Shown piece by piece: positions 51,001 through 63,742 of a stretch of 64,000 bases of DNA. The notes under the pieces were generated by a model, which saw nothing but the letters and a program-made list of their open reading frames with translations, searched no databases and was not told the DNA's origin. Numbering within the stretch: position 1 is the first letter of the stretch; each line of letters starts with the position of its first letter. The DNA comes from Takakia lepidozioides (lineage: Eukaryota; Plantae; Bryophyta), in NCBI GenBank assembly GCA_030704615.1, contig CM060733.1, positions 53,134,001 through 53,198,000 on the forward strand, written 5' to 3'. The translations under genes were made by a program, and so were the position numbers.

Positions 51001-54000
51001 GACAGAAGAACTGCAAAAATGGGGAAAACTGGAGTAAATCCCACCGAGGATGTCCAATTATCTCTTATGTCCTAATACCTCCGCCAAAAGAGAGACCCCC
51101 AACGGAACAGTTTTACTTACGACAATGCTAAGCAAAAAAGATAAAAGGGAAAAAATGGAAATGGCACATTAAACCTGTGCCACAGTCCTGAGGTCTGGGT
51201 TCTCTAAAGTCCATGTTGTAATAATGCTTTGGTTTGGCGGTTCCCTGCATGCATGTCCATGCATATGGATAAAAAATACTTACTGCTCAGGTGGAGGAAA
51301 AAGTATATGATGTTGGGACGAAGTAAAAAGTCCCATGAAAACCAAGCTAGAGACAAAATGAAATAAGCAACAATGCAGAAGAAAATGAGATCAAAGAGAA
51401 CGTAAGCCCACACCTGTGGAAAAACTCAAAGCCTGTGATGGCACGACGAGCAGACTCACGCTTGTACACATTGAGAAAACCAATTGTACGATGCACAAGT
51501 GCCGCAAAGGCAAGTGTTGCACTATTCCGCACTTCCCAGTGAGGGCAGGAAAAGGCTTGGATGGCTGTAATAAGGCCATCCGCACAAAATCCCGAAGTAT
51601 CAGTCGCCAAATTTGTGTCATGGAAGGCAACACGCATTACATTGAAGGCATGCACTGTTGGGACAACCCCCTCATCACGCTCTTTAATTGCTTGATGGTT
51701 CTCCCTGTTCAATCCCTCTGTTTCAACACCACCATCATCTTCCCTTTTCCCCCTATTTTCATCCTCGACTCCTTCCTGCATAGCTGCTTCGACTTGGCTT
51801 GGCAGAGTAGACTGAGCTACAAAAGTTCGGGATGTTTCAATCAACCAGCACATGGCCATAGGAAGAAGCTTTTTGGGTGCACCATCAGGCTCAGCCAGGA
51901 ACAGAGCCAAAAATGCAGCAGGTATTCCAGCACTTCTTCGAAGCAGATTATCCACTGTCTGCCCCTTTGAACCTGTGCGATTTAACAATCGCTGCATCCA
52001 TAATTCTGGTAACTTGTTCAGCCTGCACCACCATTCACCATAACCTAAAATAATGTCCCTGAACCTTCATCCTTATCCCGGAACTGTCCTGTTCTAAAAT
52101 CCAACGAGAGAGGAAAAGAGTTTGACCCCAGAAACAGCAAATTGAAGGACTGACAACATGAAATCCCTCCTCCCTCTCTGAAAGTAGCCTTATATAACAC
52201 ATGAAGTCTACATAGGGTGGTCTAAACGTCTAAACTCTAAACATGAGCAAAGTTGCAATGAGATCTATTCCCTGCTCTGTTTTGTAAGTTTAGAACAATG
52301 GGCAGACATTGCTGAGAACACGGTGCAGGGCTGGTATCCTCCAGGCCCAAAAACTAACCTGGGGTCATGAGAGCGCAACAATCGATCACAAAGAGCAATA
52401 AAGCCAGCACGGGTCTTATCGATGGCGCCATTGTGCTTCATAGCCAGCAAGACTTCCAGAAAGTGCTCACCCATTACCTCCAACTGCTCTGTGTTCAGCA
52501 ATCCCCCTGCTGCCTGCGGTTCTTACAAATCAATCCAGAGACAACCCCAGCACCCTCCTTCCTACAAGTCTCCTGTGTTGCACGGCATTCAGGCATTACA
52601 AGGTGCTGGAATTGTGCTGGCTTCTGCATCATAATTCCAAATACAAATACCCAGGTCTCTGCTGTATAGGCAAAAATAACCCTCCCAAAAGCAGATAGGA
52701 AATCAACCACCAGCTCCCCCCCCACACACACATGGAAAGCTCAAAGTGATTTACCCAACAATGGCACAGCAGAAATATGGATACTTTCTGCAGGACAGGT
52801 TCTCCATCTAACCAGGCAGTAACATACCTCTTCATCCCCTGAGATTTCTGTGTCTGCAACCAAGTCCTTCACACTGCAGCCAGGCAAAGGCACTCCTCTG
52901 GCAATTGTTCCCAAAAGAAGGCTAACCTGCATGATAAGCCAATTAATAATCCCCGGGGTTTAAATATCACTCCCAATGCCCACAACCAGCTGTCCGTACA
53001 GTTTATGTAAGCATGCACAACATGGAATAGGCCAGTTCCAGCCTAGGGACAAAGATAATCGCTTGACACGATCTTGCACCAGTGACACCAAACCTTCATA
53101 ATCTGTAATCCTAGAAAAGAAGTCTGCATTACCTCCTTCATTGAAAGCCAACACCCAACCATGATCATCTGCTCAACCGGTGCTACACCCTCCCCCTCCT
53201 CACTGTAATGCTCTTCATCACCATTGACATCCACTATCTCATACAGCGAATCCGACTGAGCCTCTGAAGCCATGTCAGGTGGCAGGTTAAGAGCATCAGC
53301 TGAAACAACCCAGAGAGCCAATGCAGTAACCCGTAGCAGCAAAGCAATGAGCCTGTGCAGGGCGGCCCTCAATGGAATTCCGGCCAGGCGGACAGCAGCT
53401 GAAGTCCACGGCAGCTCCTCCATGGTGTACCGCAGCGCCAGTAGTACCCCGTGTACAAAGCTGTGCTCGCATGCCTTTACGAGGTCCCTGTCCCCCTCCT
53501 CAATCCCCCATTCCAGCCAATCATTCAACGACTGCAAATAATCTGCTATGGCCTGTCCCACCCTACCCGGTCCTACCTCTCCCACTTCCTCACCTATACC
53601 ATCTGATGCTGCAACCTCATGAACCTTTACTGTCCAGCCCAGGTCCAGCACATACTTGTGGAAAACAAGGCGAAGCACCAAAGCACCAGCATCACTCTCT
53701 CGAACACGCGGACTGTTAACAAGGCCCTTTGCCCAGCGTAGCATACTTTCAATGGCAGTGGTGGACTCCAGACCAGGTAAGGGGGTCGGATAGCGCACCA
53801 GTATCTTGAAAGCACCCTCTCTCAGCTTGTCCCAGCTATCCACAACTGCACCTACAACTACTAGGGTTGCCTCCACTGACAGGAGGCCTTGATGGTATGG
53901 GGAAAAGTCACCTCCTGCATCTTGCATCTCTGTACTAGCTCCTCTCTCTGGAAGTTTAGATAGGCTCCAAACTTCAATGAGAGCATTCAAAATTTCCATG

Positions 54001-56834
54001 GCCATACTCTTCCGTTCATAAGGAGCAGATGGATACAATGAACATAGAAGCAATTGGCTCAACCATTGCATAAACGTCTGCATCTCTGCTAGAGTGGCCC
54101 CTGTTCTAGAAGCTGTCTCATCATCTTTTTCATCCTGTGGCAATCTGTCCTTCAACTCTTTTAGTCCATTCACGTACGAGCTCTTCCTCTGTTTCACTTC
54201 TTCCCTGAAACCTTGGATATCGGAGGACTCCATCCTTACAGACTGAGGCTCTACAGAACCTGCACATTGAAGCCGGTATCGTCTCCAAACTGCAGTCCGC
54301 ACACGTAGGAAAAACTTTCTAAGAAGACTAGTCCAGCGCATGCGGAATGATGTGGAGGAGCAACGCATGTTGAGAGGGATGGACATATATAACATCCGTA
54401 GTTCCAAGGAAGACGGCATGGAAGCTGTTTTCGGACTCAAACACACCAGCTCTGCGGCGTCCACCCGTAACCCATCATCGAGGTGAGTTAGGGACTGCTC
54501 CAGCCAGACAATGGGCACCTCTACGATCTTACTCTTCACCCACACCACTACATTGTCACAGTCTGCAGTACTCTTCTCATCACCATTGACTGTTCTGTCC
54601 TTCATTTGCAAGGGCTGATCAATTTCGCGGTCAATCAAGGCCAGAGCACGTGCGACTTTGAGAATCGAAATCAAGGCTGCTACTCTCTGGTGTAACGTCA
54701 ACTGCATAGGTAATCCAGGAGCACCCTCAAGCTCATCCCAGGTTAGCAATGCCTTATCTCTCCGAGTATCGGCTCCATCAAGAATAAAAGCAAGCATTGG
54801 CACTAAGCTGTCAGCATCGATGCGCAATGCAACTGGGAGCGCATATGTATTCAAGTTACTTCGAAGCCTAGGGTTCCCAGAGAGAAGCACTGAGAGCAAG
54901 GGCGGTACCCACAATCGCCGAAAAGCCAAATCACCTTCCATCACTCCTCCTTCAGAACTCCAGCAGTCCTCTTTAAGGCGCTCAAGAAAAGATTTGAGAA
55001 AGGTACTGGCAGAACAGCACACATCATCATCGGACTGTGCATAAAATGTCTCCAACAAAAGATTTGGGCTCATCTTCAGCAAAGTAAGGGAACCAATGCG
55101 CAGGGCAAGAGACGCCAATGGTACATACTTCCCCTTCCTGTAGCGACCCTCTGCCAACAAATTGGCTGCAATTGGCCACACAAATTCATTGTTACCCAAC
55201 CCCTCCTTATCCCCTATACCAGACAATCTCTTCTGAGCAAACACAGATTGCACATCCACCAGCAGGTCAAAGACAATCTGCACCTGTTTCACAGTTTGTG
55301 TGAGAGGGTCCTCCCAGTTATTCCAGACAATCTGCAATATTCGAGAAATCATGGATGCTGGCATGGGATCATAACTGTTCACTACAATATGATGATATAG
55401 GGCCACATCTGCCAGCCCCTGAACTGCAGTATCAGTCAACTGTCCAGTCACAGAAGCTCGAACTTGCTGCAGGCAAATCTGCAAGGCTGTCACTGTGTGA
55501 AATTTGAAATGACTGTCCACAGATCCCTCACAGAGAGCACAGAGTGCCGGTAAAATTCCATTATAAAGAAGCGTCCACACCTGCCATTCCTTTGAAGGAG
55601 GTGTACGCATGTCCCCTTCATCATCGCCAGGCTCAGGATCCTTATTCTCCCCGCAAATATCAGGAATCCTACTGATTAGAGCCACATTAAGAGCTGCACG
55701 GGGAACTGCAGTAAGGAAGCCTCTCAACAAACAAAGCCTTCCAAACTCAGTGAATTTAGATATTTCTGCAGCCAAGCTGCTTGTGGAGGATCCTGAGATA
55801 GCTGCCTCCAGCATCCCACCCATGCCAAGGCCATCAATCAATCCCCGCTCTGCAGAAAGTAAAGCAAGATCTGAAGCTGATGACGAGAAGGCTGCCTTGG
55901 CAAGCATAAGGGCGATACCCTCAAAAGTGGTGTCAAATTGTGCCGCAGCAGACAGGCCAACCCCTGCAGCCACCACACAGTCCCTAGACAATGCGGCTGT
56001 CTGCAACACGTCTATTAATGTGGTTACTACCACCCTATATACTGCTCTTCCGGGACAATTGCCCCATTGCAAACAATCGGCTTCCTCTGAATTTGGAGGA
56101 ACAGCTTCACCAATCAAAGGCGTGCTCTGCTTTGTAGAATTATCAGAATTACATCTCTGTGCCTCATTTCTGAAAGCTTGTAAGTTTGGGTTTATGAAAT
56201 AATCTGGGAAGTGTTGAAGCATGTAGTACAAAGATGACATTGCGTCCTGGCAATCCTCCATCGTATGAGGCGGAGGTCGTCCGCCTTGGTGAGCATGCTG
56301 TAACACCCACCCTACATCATGACAAGCAGAGAGCGCGAACACATTCAAACAATGCAGGGTCACCCCTTTCAATATACCGGGATTCGGCAGATTAGCAAGA
56401 GACGCTACAACACCAACTAGCGCAAACCTGCGGTGCTTGGCACCACCTGCACCGTACTCCAAGCAACACTCACTAAATGTTTTTTTCACCATTTTTCCCT
56501 GGTCTTGCGACAGGCGTGACAAGGTAGAGAGCAGGCCACGGTGCAGTGGACGTGAATTGTCCAGAAACAGCAACTCCACAAACAAGTGCAGGGACTTCTC
56601 TGCACAATAACCCAGCTGCAGCACGGAAACGAGTGCATCTGCAAGCGGCTTGGTGGCCGCAATCTGAGCAAACGTGGTCGGAAGCTGCCCAAAAGCTTGC
56701 AGCTGCTGCACGTACTTCACCACTGCGGGTGTGCCATTGCATCCTTCTAACCGTTCCTGCGCACTGCGGGGCAACAGCACAGCTTGCTCCGTCCAGCGCC
56801 TGCGCCGCTGCCCCGCCTTCCATCGCACCGCCAT
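48100..56834 (-). CDS. THADA: THADA/TRM732 homolog (armadillo-repeat tRNA 2'-O-methylation cofactor), ~2402 aa, 5 exons
   Basis: Exons 56834-53133, 52926-52828, 52513-52359, 52022-51414, 50743-48100; in phase. Motifs NWEDPL, SPRVRESDAGA, GCWLSMKEVSLLLG, MKHNGAIDK, LLRRSAGIP (DUF2428), LFDKEIDNHHEE. Confidence 0.95.
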
Positions 56835-57078
56835 GCTTCCCTCTCAATCCCTCTCTTCGATCTCCTCTCCTCTCCTCTCTTCTTTGCCTCCCCCTCTCTC
56901 CAAACCCTACACCCTGACTGACTGCCCATTCAAAGTGAGGCTGCCCAAACCCCTTCTTATGAAAAGAAGACAGAAAAAACGAATCTTTTCCCAATAAAGG
57001 AGGATATTCAGAGGTATAAATTTTCAGGGGCAGCACATTCTTCCTTTGCTGGCTCTCCCCTGGCCCATTGAAGCCACC
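56835..57078. promoter_or_regulatory. Compact bidirectional promoter / 5' UTR region (THADA and PHP gene head-to-head)
   Basis: Only 244 bp between the divergent ATGs; CT-rich tract at 56837-56900; TATAAA at ~57015. Confidence 0.6.
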
Positions 57079-60000
57079 ATGACAGGAAGATGCAACAAGA
57101 AGAAGAAGGGGAAATCCGGAGGTCGCAGTAAAGATCCCGCACGCCTGGCTGCCGCCCTGCTACAACTCTCCAGATGGGCTTCCTTGCCCTCTGGATCTCG
57201 AGAATCAGACTCGCTGGGAAGCTTGCCCCGGCTTGATTTGCACACGCACAGCACTTGCAGTGAGTGAGATCAATCTCTCTTCTTCTGGTCAAGTTTGCAA
57301 ATGTATGCTCTTTGTGACCACTACCTGGATTCTCTTTAAAATGTTGGGATTCTCCTGTCTCGTGTCTATTCCTTTCCTGTGCATGTAGAAAGAACAATTA
57401 AGTGCCTTCTCAGATTGCCAGCGCCTGTAGGAGCGAGCAAGAATATGGTCAATCCTGGAGAGTATATCTCGTGCAGGTTGCAACCGGAAGTTTCTCTCGA
57501 AGCAAAATGTCAATGTCTGAGGTGAAACCGAAAGTTGCACCCAATCGTAGCGAAATTGCTGGCGCTTACTCCAGCTTACAGGAGTCCAGATTTTCAATAG
57601 GTGGGGCTCGTAGAGTGCCGTGGCTGTTGTGGCTTGCAAAATAACGATCCATGTTACATGGTCAGCAGCTAAGCGACATTGTAGTATTGTTACAAGGCCT
57701 TGATCAGAACAAGACTTTCCCCATGCAAGTAAATTAGGTGCAAACACAGAAATTTACCGTAGGTCGCCACAACCAGACCTCCCACTTGATGGATCGACCC
57801 CGAGATTGCTATTTCAGTTCATGTCGTGAATGTGAATAGCAGGTGCTCAAGTTTGGCATTTGTGCAGGAGAATGTGCTTTGTTGGCTTTAGTTCTTAAAC
57901 TTTGCATGATGATATGCAGGTGATGGCTTGCTCTCACCTGCTGATGTAGTGACAAGAGCCCACCGCAATGGGGTACCTATCTCCCCTTGCCTCATGCTGT
58001 GTGCCTTTAATTTTTTTTGGTTTGGCGGCTGTACACACAATCTAAACACTTTTCATACAACTACCTTGAAAGAGCACTGGGGGGCTTCATGTGGTTACCA
58101 TGAAGTTGTTGATGGTCCTGGCTGCCTGTATGTCACTATCAATAGTGCAAGTGAAGCAGAAGAGCCCAGAGAGTCATTGGTGTCCTCCTCCTAGGCTTTA
58201 ATATTCGTGTAGTTTGTGTATGAATTCACATGGGGAATGTATGTATAGCTTGCATGCAAGTCTTGCTTTGAAATCTCTGACAGAGATGGGAAGTGTGAGT
58301 CAGTCTGCTCTGCAGTTTTTGCATGCACTTCAGTACCTTTATTGTGAACTTGGACAGTTGACGTGTTTCGCTAGTGCTGAAGGAGATGGAGAGTGTATGA
58401 AACAGGTGAGAGTTCTTGCTTTAACAGATCATGACACCATGGCTGGCATGCCTGTTGCGCTTGAAGTTGCGCGTGTTCATGGAATGCGACTTATTCCTGG
58501 TGTTGAAATCAGTGCCAAGTTTGCATCAAGGTACATGGTTCTGGTTTTGCTTCAGCTGTTCATTGCAGTGATCCCTTTGTTAGTTTAGGAACAAAAAGCG
58601 TACAAGCAGAATAGTGGTTGTTATGCAGGCTCTTTGTGCAACATGGCTTGCAGATGGCATTGGATATTGATCCAATGGTACTGCTACATGTATGCAGCTC
58701 TCAGCTCCTCAATGGGGAAGAGGAGCCAGTACATATATTGGCCTACTACAGTTGTTGCGGTCCAGCCCGTTGGAGAGAGCTGGAGGAGAATTTACTGCAA
58801 ATCCGGCAGGGGAGGTATAAGCGTGCTCAAGTCATGGTGCAGAAGCTGCATGCATTGAACAAGCCAGTGAAGCTGGAGCAGGTGCTGCAAATAGCAGGAG
58901 AGGGAGTTGCACCAGGAAGGGCACATGTGGCACGTGCACTGGTGGCTGCAGGCCTGGTGGACACTGTGGAACAGGCCTTCAGCCGCTATCTGCATAATTG
59001 TGGCCCTGCCTATGTCCCGTGCGCCTTCTTGACTCTGAGTTTCACGCGGGATGCTCTGTTCCTTGTCTAGGTCGCCCCCAATGGTTTTTGGTATGCTGAA
59101 ACGTGGTGGCTAAGAGCAAAAAAGTTGATGTGTATTTAGATGGAGATTGTGGTTCTTTTTCATTCTTAATCTTTCTGGCTTGAAAGGCAGGGACTCCCAA
59201 GAAAATGTTCAGAAGAAAGCTTGGGAGTTGTTTTGTTGTGACTAGAAGTTTCTATATCTCTCTGAAGCGTTTGAAATCAACCTGTAATGTGGTTCCAGGC
59301 ATGTCATAGATTGAGGAGGTGGGGGATACAGGGGTGCAGAGCAGCCTGCAGAAGATGTGGTGCGCTTGATCCACAGAACTGGAGGAATCGCTGTGCTTGC
59401 ACATCCATGGGTTTTGAAGCATCCATTTCCGTTGATTGAACGCTTGAAAGCTGCTGGTCTTCATGCTATGGAGGTGTACAGAAGGGATGGCAAAGACACT
59501 GGTGTGTCATCTATCTTACCTGATTCTCTTACCTTGTGGGCTTTGTGTTTCTCCCTCTACTTTTTAGTGTGAGTAGATCTTTCTTAACTCTCTGCAGCAG
59601 GGCTGTGCGCCCTGATGTACCTACATTGAAATGTACGATGACTTGAATTAGACTCGGTTGTTGTGTTGGGTCATGTCCTCAGTGTTAGACATAGTAGTGG
59701 TTCTGGGTAGATGGTATGACTAATTAGGAGGGTTGAATTAACACTTTTGAGTGGGTGCAAGAACAGCTTGTGCAGCATGGGCAGACGCGTTCAATCTGGC
59801 AAAGGTGGGGGGTTCAGATTACCATGGAAGAGGGTCACCTGAAGAGACTGATTTAGGAGGCGTGACCATACCTGCAATGGTCATGCTTCAGTTTTTGACG
59901 GTGGCCCAGCCAATTTGGCAATCTGCAATCAGGCTCATCATACAAGATTTTGCAGAGGATGTGTTTGGGGCAAGTATCAGCAGTGCATGCGAAAATGGAA

Positions 60001-60188
60001 ACTGGAAGGGTGACATGTTTGTGAGGGAGGAAGACGGGGAATCATATCTAATACTTTCTCCATGGTTGACAGAAGAAGAAAAGCTTTTGGTGCAAGATAA
60101 AGCAACAGAACTTGGCTTGAGGCATATGATGGTGTCAAAGCGAGGTGTTGAATCGATTGCAGTTATGAAACGGTTAAGAGATTATTGA
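57079..60188 (+). CDS. PHP-domain metal-dependent hydrolase (YciV/TrpH/RNase AM-like), ~423 aa, 6 exons
   Basis: Exons 57079-57259, 57920-57972, 58406-58530, 58698-59018, 59332-59501, 59767-60188; in phase. Motifs DLHTHSTCSDG, ALTDHDT, IPGVEIS, VHILAY, GRAHVARAL, VLAHPW, GGSDYHG. Confidence 0.92.
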
Positions 60189-61042
60189 GTTATTAGGGTA
60201 CTAACTTGTCCCTTGAGTCAAGAGTCCTGCACCGTCGCCATTTATGGACCTCATGCATCCCAATCCACTTCTACCGTATCCACCTCCACCCACCTCCACA
60301 TCCACCACCTCCTTTTGACTGCTCTCCAAGGTCTAGTTCTCTTGACTATGGATATGTCCATTTCTCAGATGGCACGGGACCTCCACAACTGGAGCACTGC
60401 TTGTTGTTGGGTTTTTCCCAATCATTTCAAGCTGCAATCAGACCAGTCAGACCACTCTGGTCATTCCAGTTTATCTCATGATTATAACCAGGGTGATCCT
60501 GGGCACAATCCTTCACAATATGAATTCACGTAAATAATTCAACAACACTAAATGCATATCCGATTCCCCCCTTTGCAATTACAAAGTTACTTTTGGGTAA
60601 TATTTTTGTCATTGTGTTGGTTGCATGGTTGGAGCTTTGGTGCTGCTCCAAGAGTTCTGACCTGCAGGTTTACAGCGGCAGGCCAGGTTCATAGTTCATA
60701 GCAATCTGTTGTCACTTTTAGCTTCCCATTGCGGGGTGACCCCCATTGGGTTGTCCTTCCTGATGAGATTATTTTTTTCCTCAGTCTCTCTTTTTTTTCT
60801 TTTTTTTTCCCGGCAAAGGGGAAGAGGCCCTTTAATACAACAGCTGAGCTGAATAAGCCCACTAAAGAAGAAGAAGACTTCGGCCAAAGCCGGTCTAACT
60901 AAGAGCCACTTGGCCTTGCGGCTGCTGCCCCCTTCCTGTAGATTAGTAGTAAGTAGCATGAGCACTGCTCACAACTCCATTCATGGCATGCATCACAAAG
61001 GGATGGAACCTATGAAATACCAAATGCACGACAATTTTACTA

Positions 61043-61170
61043 TCATCTACAACCCTCGACAAATCATCTACGACCCTCGACAAATCATCTACAACCGTCG
61101 ACAAATCATCTAGGACCCTCGACAAGTCAACCACTAGTGGTTGTAGATGATTTGTCCAGGGTTGATTTTG
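61043..61170. repeat. 21-bp tandem repeat (ATCATCTACAACCCTCGACAA, about 4 copies) plus an inverted copy around a CACTAGTG palindrome; CACTA-like subterminal array
   Basis: Direct units at 61043-61125, palindrome CAACCACTAGTGGTTG at 61128-61143, inverted unit after it; further copies near 61290 and 61335. Confidence 0.7.
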
Positions 61171-61396
61171 TGGGCAAACGGTATGAGTTGGAATACCAAA
61201 TGCCCATGTCTTCATCCCACTTGTTCAGCAAATATTCTCTAATAGATTCTTAGATCCTTCAAATTTATGCTTAGATGCTTTCATCTTTGATTTGTCGAGC
61301 ATTTGGTACACGAAGGAATACCGTATGACCACGTCCCTCGACAAATCAACTTAGTTGTTCATACCACTTGTTGACAACATGGGCGTCAACAGCGTA

Positions 61397-61493
61397 GGTG
61401 GCGCCAACAAGGGTGGCGCCAACAAGGTTCGTGGCGCCACTAAGGGAGGTGGCGCCACCAAGGGAGGTGGCGCCACCAAGGGAGGCGGCGCCA
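61397..61493. repeat. GC-rich 15-18-bp minisatellite (GGTGGCGCCACCAAGGGA)
   Basis: About six GG(T/C)GGCGCCA-type units in tandem. Confidence 0.85.
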
Positions 61494-61629
61494 GGTTGTT
61501 GGCACAACTTAGTTCAGATTGGCACAACCTAATTTCTGATAAATACATATATATACGTATACATATACATAGAGGGTTTAGGGTCATTTGCATAATTCAA
61601 ATATGATGAGACCTTGTCTTTAAGAATGT

Positions 61630-62930
61630 TGGACTATAATTGATGATATTGAAAGAACAACTAGATCTAATATGTGGACGTATAATCTATAGTGTTCTAG
61701 TTTATTCGTATTACTTAGAATTTTTATATTATGAGATATGCAATAAAATATTGTGAATTAAAAAATCACAAAGGGGTAGAGATTGAATTAAAATATATCC
61801 TATAACAGCCTTATTAAATGCATATGAAATATCACAATTCAATGTTCACTCTTACATGTGTTTTCTATTATTATATTGGTCATTTATATGTACAGAGTCT
61901 CATAAGTAGAATATTTTCATTGCCCTGCAATAAGTTATTTTTAATTAAAAATACAAGGATGTGTGAGACCGGATTATAAAAAAATAACAAATTTATTTTA
62001 AAATTCAGATAAGATTTCATAATTTAATATTCACTCGTACACGCACTTGCTATTATTCTATAGATCATTTATGTATATCCCATGAATTCAAGAAGATTAT
62101 GAGTAACCTATGCATAAGATGGATGCATAGGAATTGTGATAAAGAACAATTGGATCTAATAACATGTGTGCACGTATACTCTATAGTTTTCTAGTTTGTT
62201 CGTAATACTTGGAATTTTTGTATTGACAGATATGCAATGAAATATTTTTAACTAAACAAAATTACAAATATGTGACAGATCCAATTAAAATCTATTCTAT
62301 AACAGCCTTCTTAAAAATATCACAATTCCCCGTTCATTCTTATTTTAAAATTTAAAATTTATTTTAAAATACAGATAAGATTTCATAATTTAATATTCAC
62401 TCGTACATGCACTAGCTATTATTATATGTGTATCCCATGAATTCAAGAAGATTATGAGTAACCTATGCATAGGATGGATGCATAGGAATTGTGATAAAGA
62501 ACATTTGGATCTAATAACATGTGTGGACGTATATTCTATAGTTTTCTAGTTTGTTCGTAATAATTGGAATTTTTGTATTGACAGATATGCAATGAAGTAT
62601 TTTGTATTAAAAATATGTGACAGATCGAATTAAAATCTATCCTATAACAGCCTTTTTTAAATGCATATAAAATATCACAATTCCCTGTTCATTCTTACAT
62701 GTACCTTTTATTCTTATATTGATCATTTATGTGTACAAAAATTTTCATTGTCGTGCAATAAGTTGTTTTAAATAAAAAATCACATGGATTTGGGAGATCA
62801 AATTGAAAAAATGAATAACAAATATCATTTTAATATGCAGATTAGATTTCATCTAACATGCACCTCCTATTATTATATAGATCATTTATGTGTATCGCAT
62901 GAACTAAGTGACCTATACAACTGAGTGTTC
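61630..62930. repeat. AT-rich tandem repeat, 3 diverged units of ~360-490 bp
   Basis: GATCTAATA...GTG(G/C)ACGTATA.TCTATAGT...TTCTAGTTT recurs near 61665, 62155 and 62510; the middle unit carries an internal deletion. Confidence 0.8.
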
Positions 62931-62998
62931 TGAGTGAGAAAATGTGGGAGTCAAAAATCTGCCGCTGAAGCCACAACGCAGATGTTTTGGTTCTGTAG

Positions 62999-63110
62999 GC
63001 ACGACATAATGACCTGTGTATTTGGCAAGCCCAAGTACGAGATTCAGGGAATGCCGGAGCCTCCGGGTGTTTGGCCTATTGCACCGGGTTGCAACCTCTT
63101 TCAGAATGAG
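62999..63110 (+). other. Orphan exon-like segment of unknown product
   Basis: TTCTGTAG|G CAC GAC...GAG|GTG; encodes HDIMTCVFGKPKYEIQGMPEPPGVWPIAPGCNLFQNE; family not recognised. Confidence 0.3.
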
Positions 63111-63742
63111 GTGTTTGCTCTTTCAGCAGCAGGATTTTGAATGGTGCAACACACAGACGTCCCGCCCCACCAGCCCGTCCCGTCCAGACCCCAGCCATTG
63201 CAGACTGCTCGGTCCAGTAGAGACGGATTGGAAGTCAGATGATTGTGTTTGGCATCTAAGCCCACCATACTCAGGCGTAGATAAAGGAGACAATGGGCCA
63301 TATGCTGTAAAATTCCCTTTCAAGATTATGATCAAAGCTTCATTTACTGTAGTGTTTCAGAATTTGTCATATGAAAAATCTGAAATTGGGACAAAGTACA
63401 ACTGCAAGAGACAAGTCAAGAAGGCATCAGACAAGGGAAAAAGTTCATCATATCCACTCCATGCCCAGACGACCCAAAAAAACTTCCAGACATTCCCCGA
63501 TTCAAAAACCTTTGAAGTACTACATCTTCGACATAATCACATCTATAGAATGGCCAAGGGACACAGCAGAGAGTGGTAAAACTGTGCTTTGCATTAGCAT
63601 TGTAAACACCTGGTTTAAGATGTGGAAGTGAGAGACATATTGTAGGAAACATAGAAGATTCTTATGACTCAGAGATTCCACCACTCGTTTTCTTTAACTG
63701 AAGCTGCAGCAAACTGAAAAAGAGGAAATGAGTGAATCCAAC

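Noticed and set aside
61043-61493. CRISPR-like repeat arrays
   Set aside because: The units are contiguous with no unique spacers, there are no cas genes, and the context is eukaryotic.
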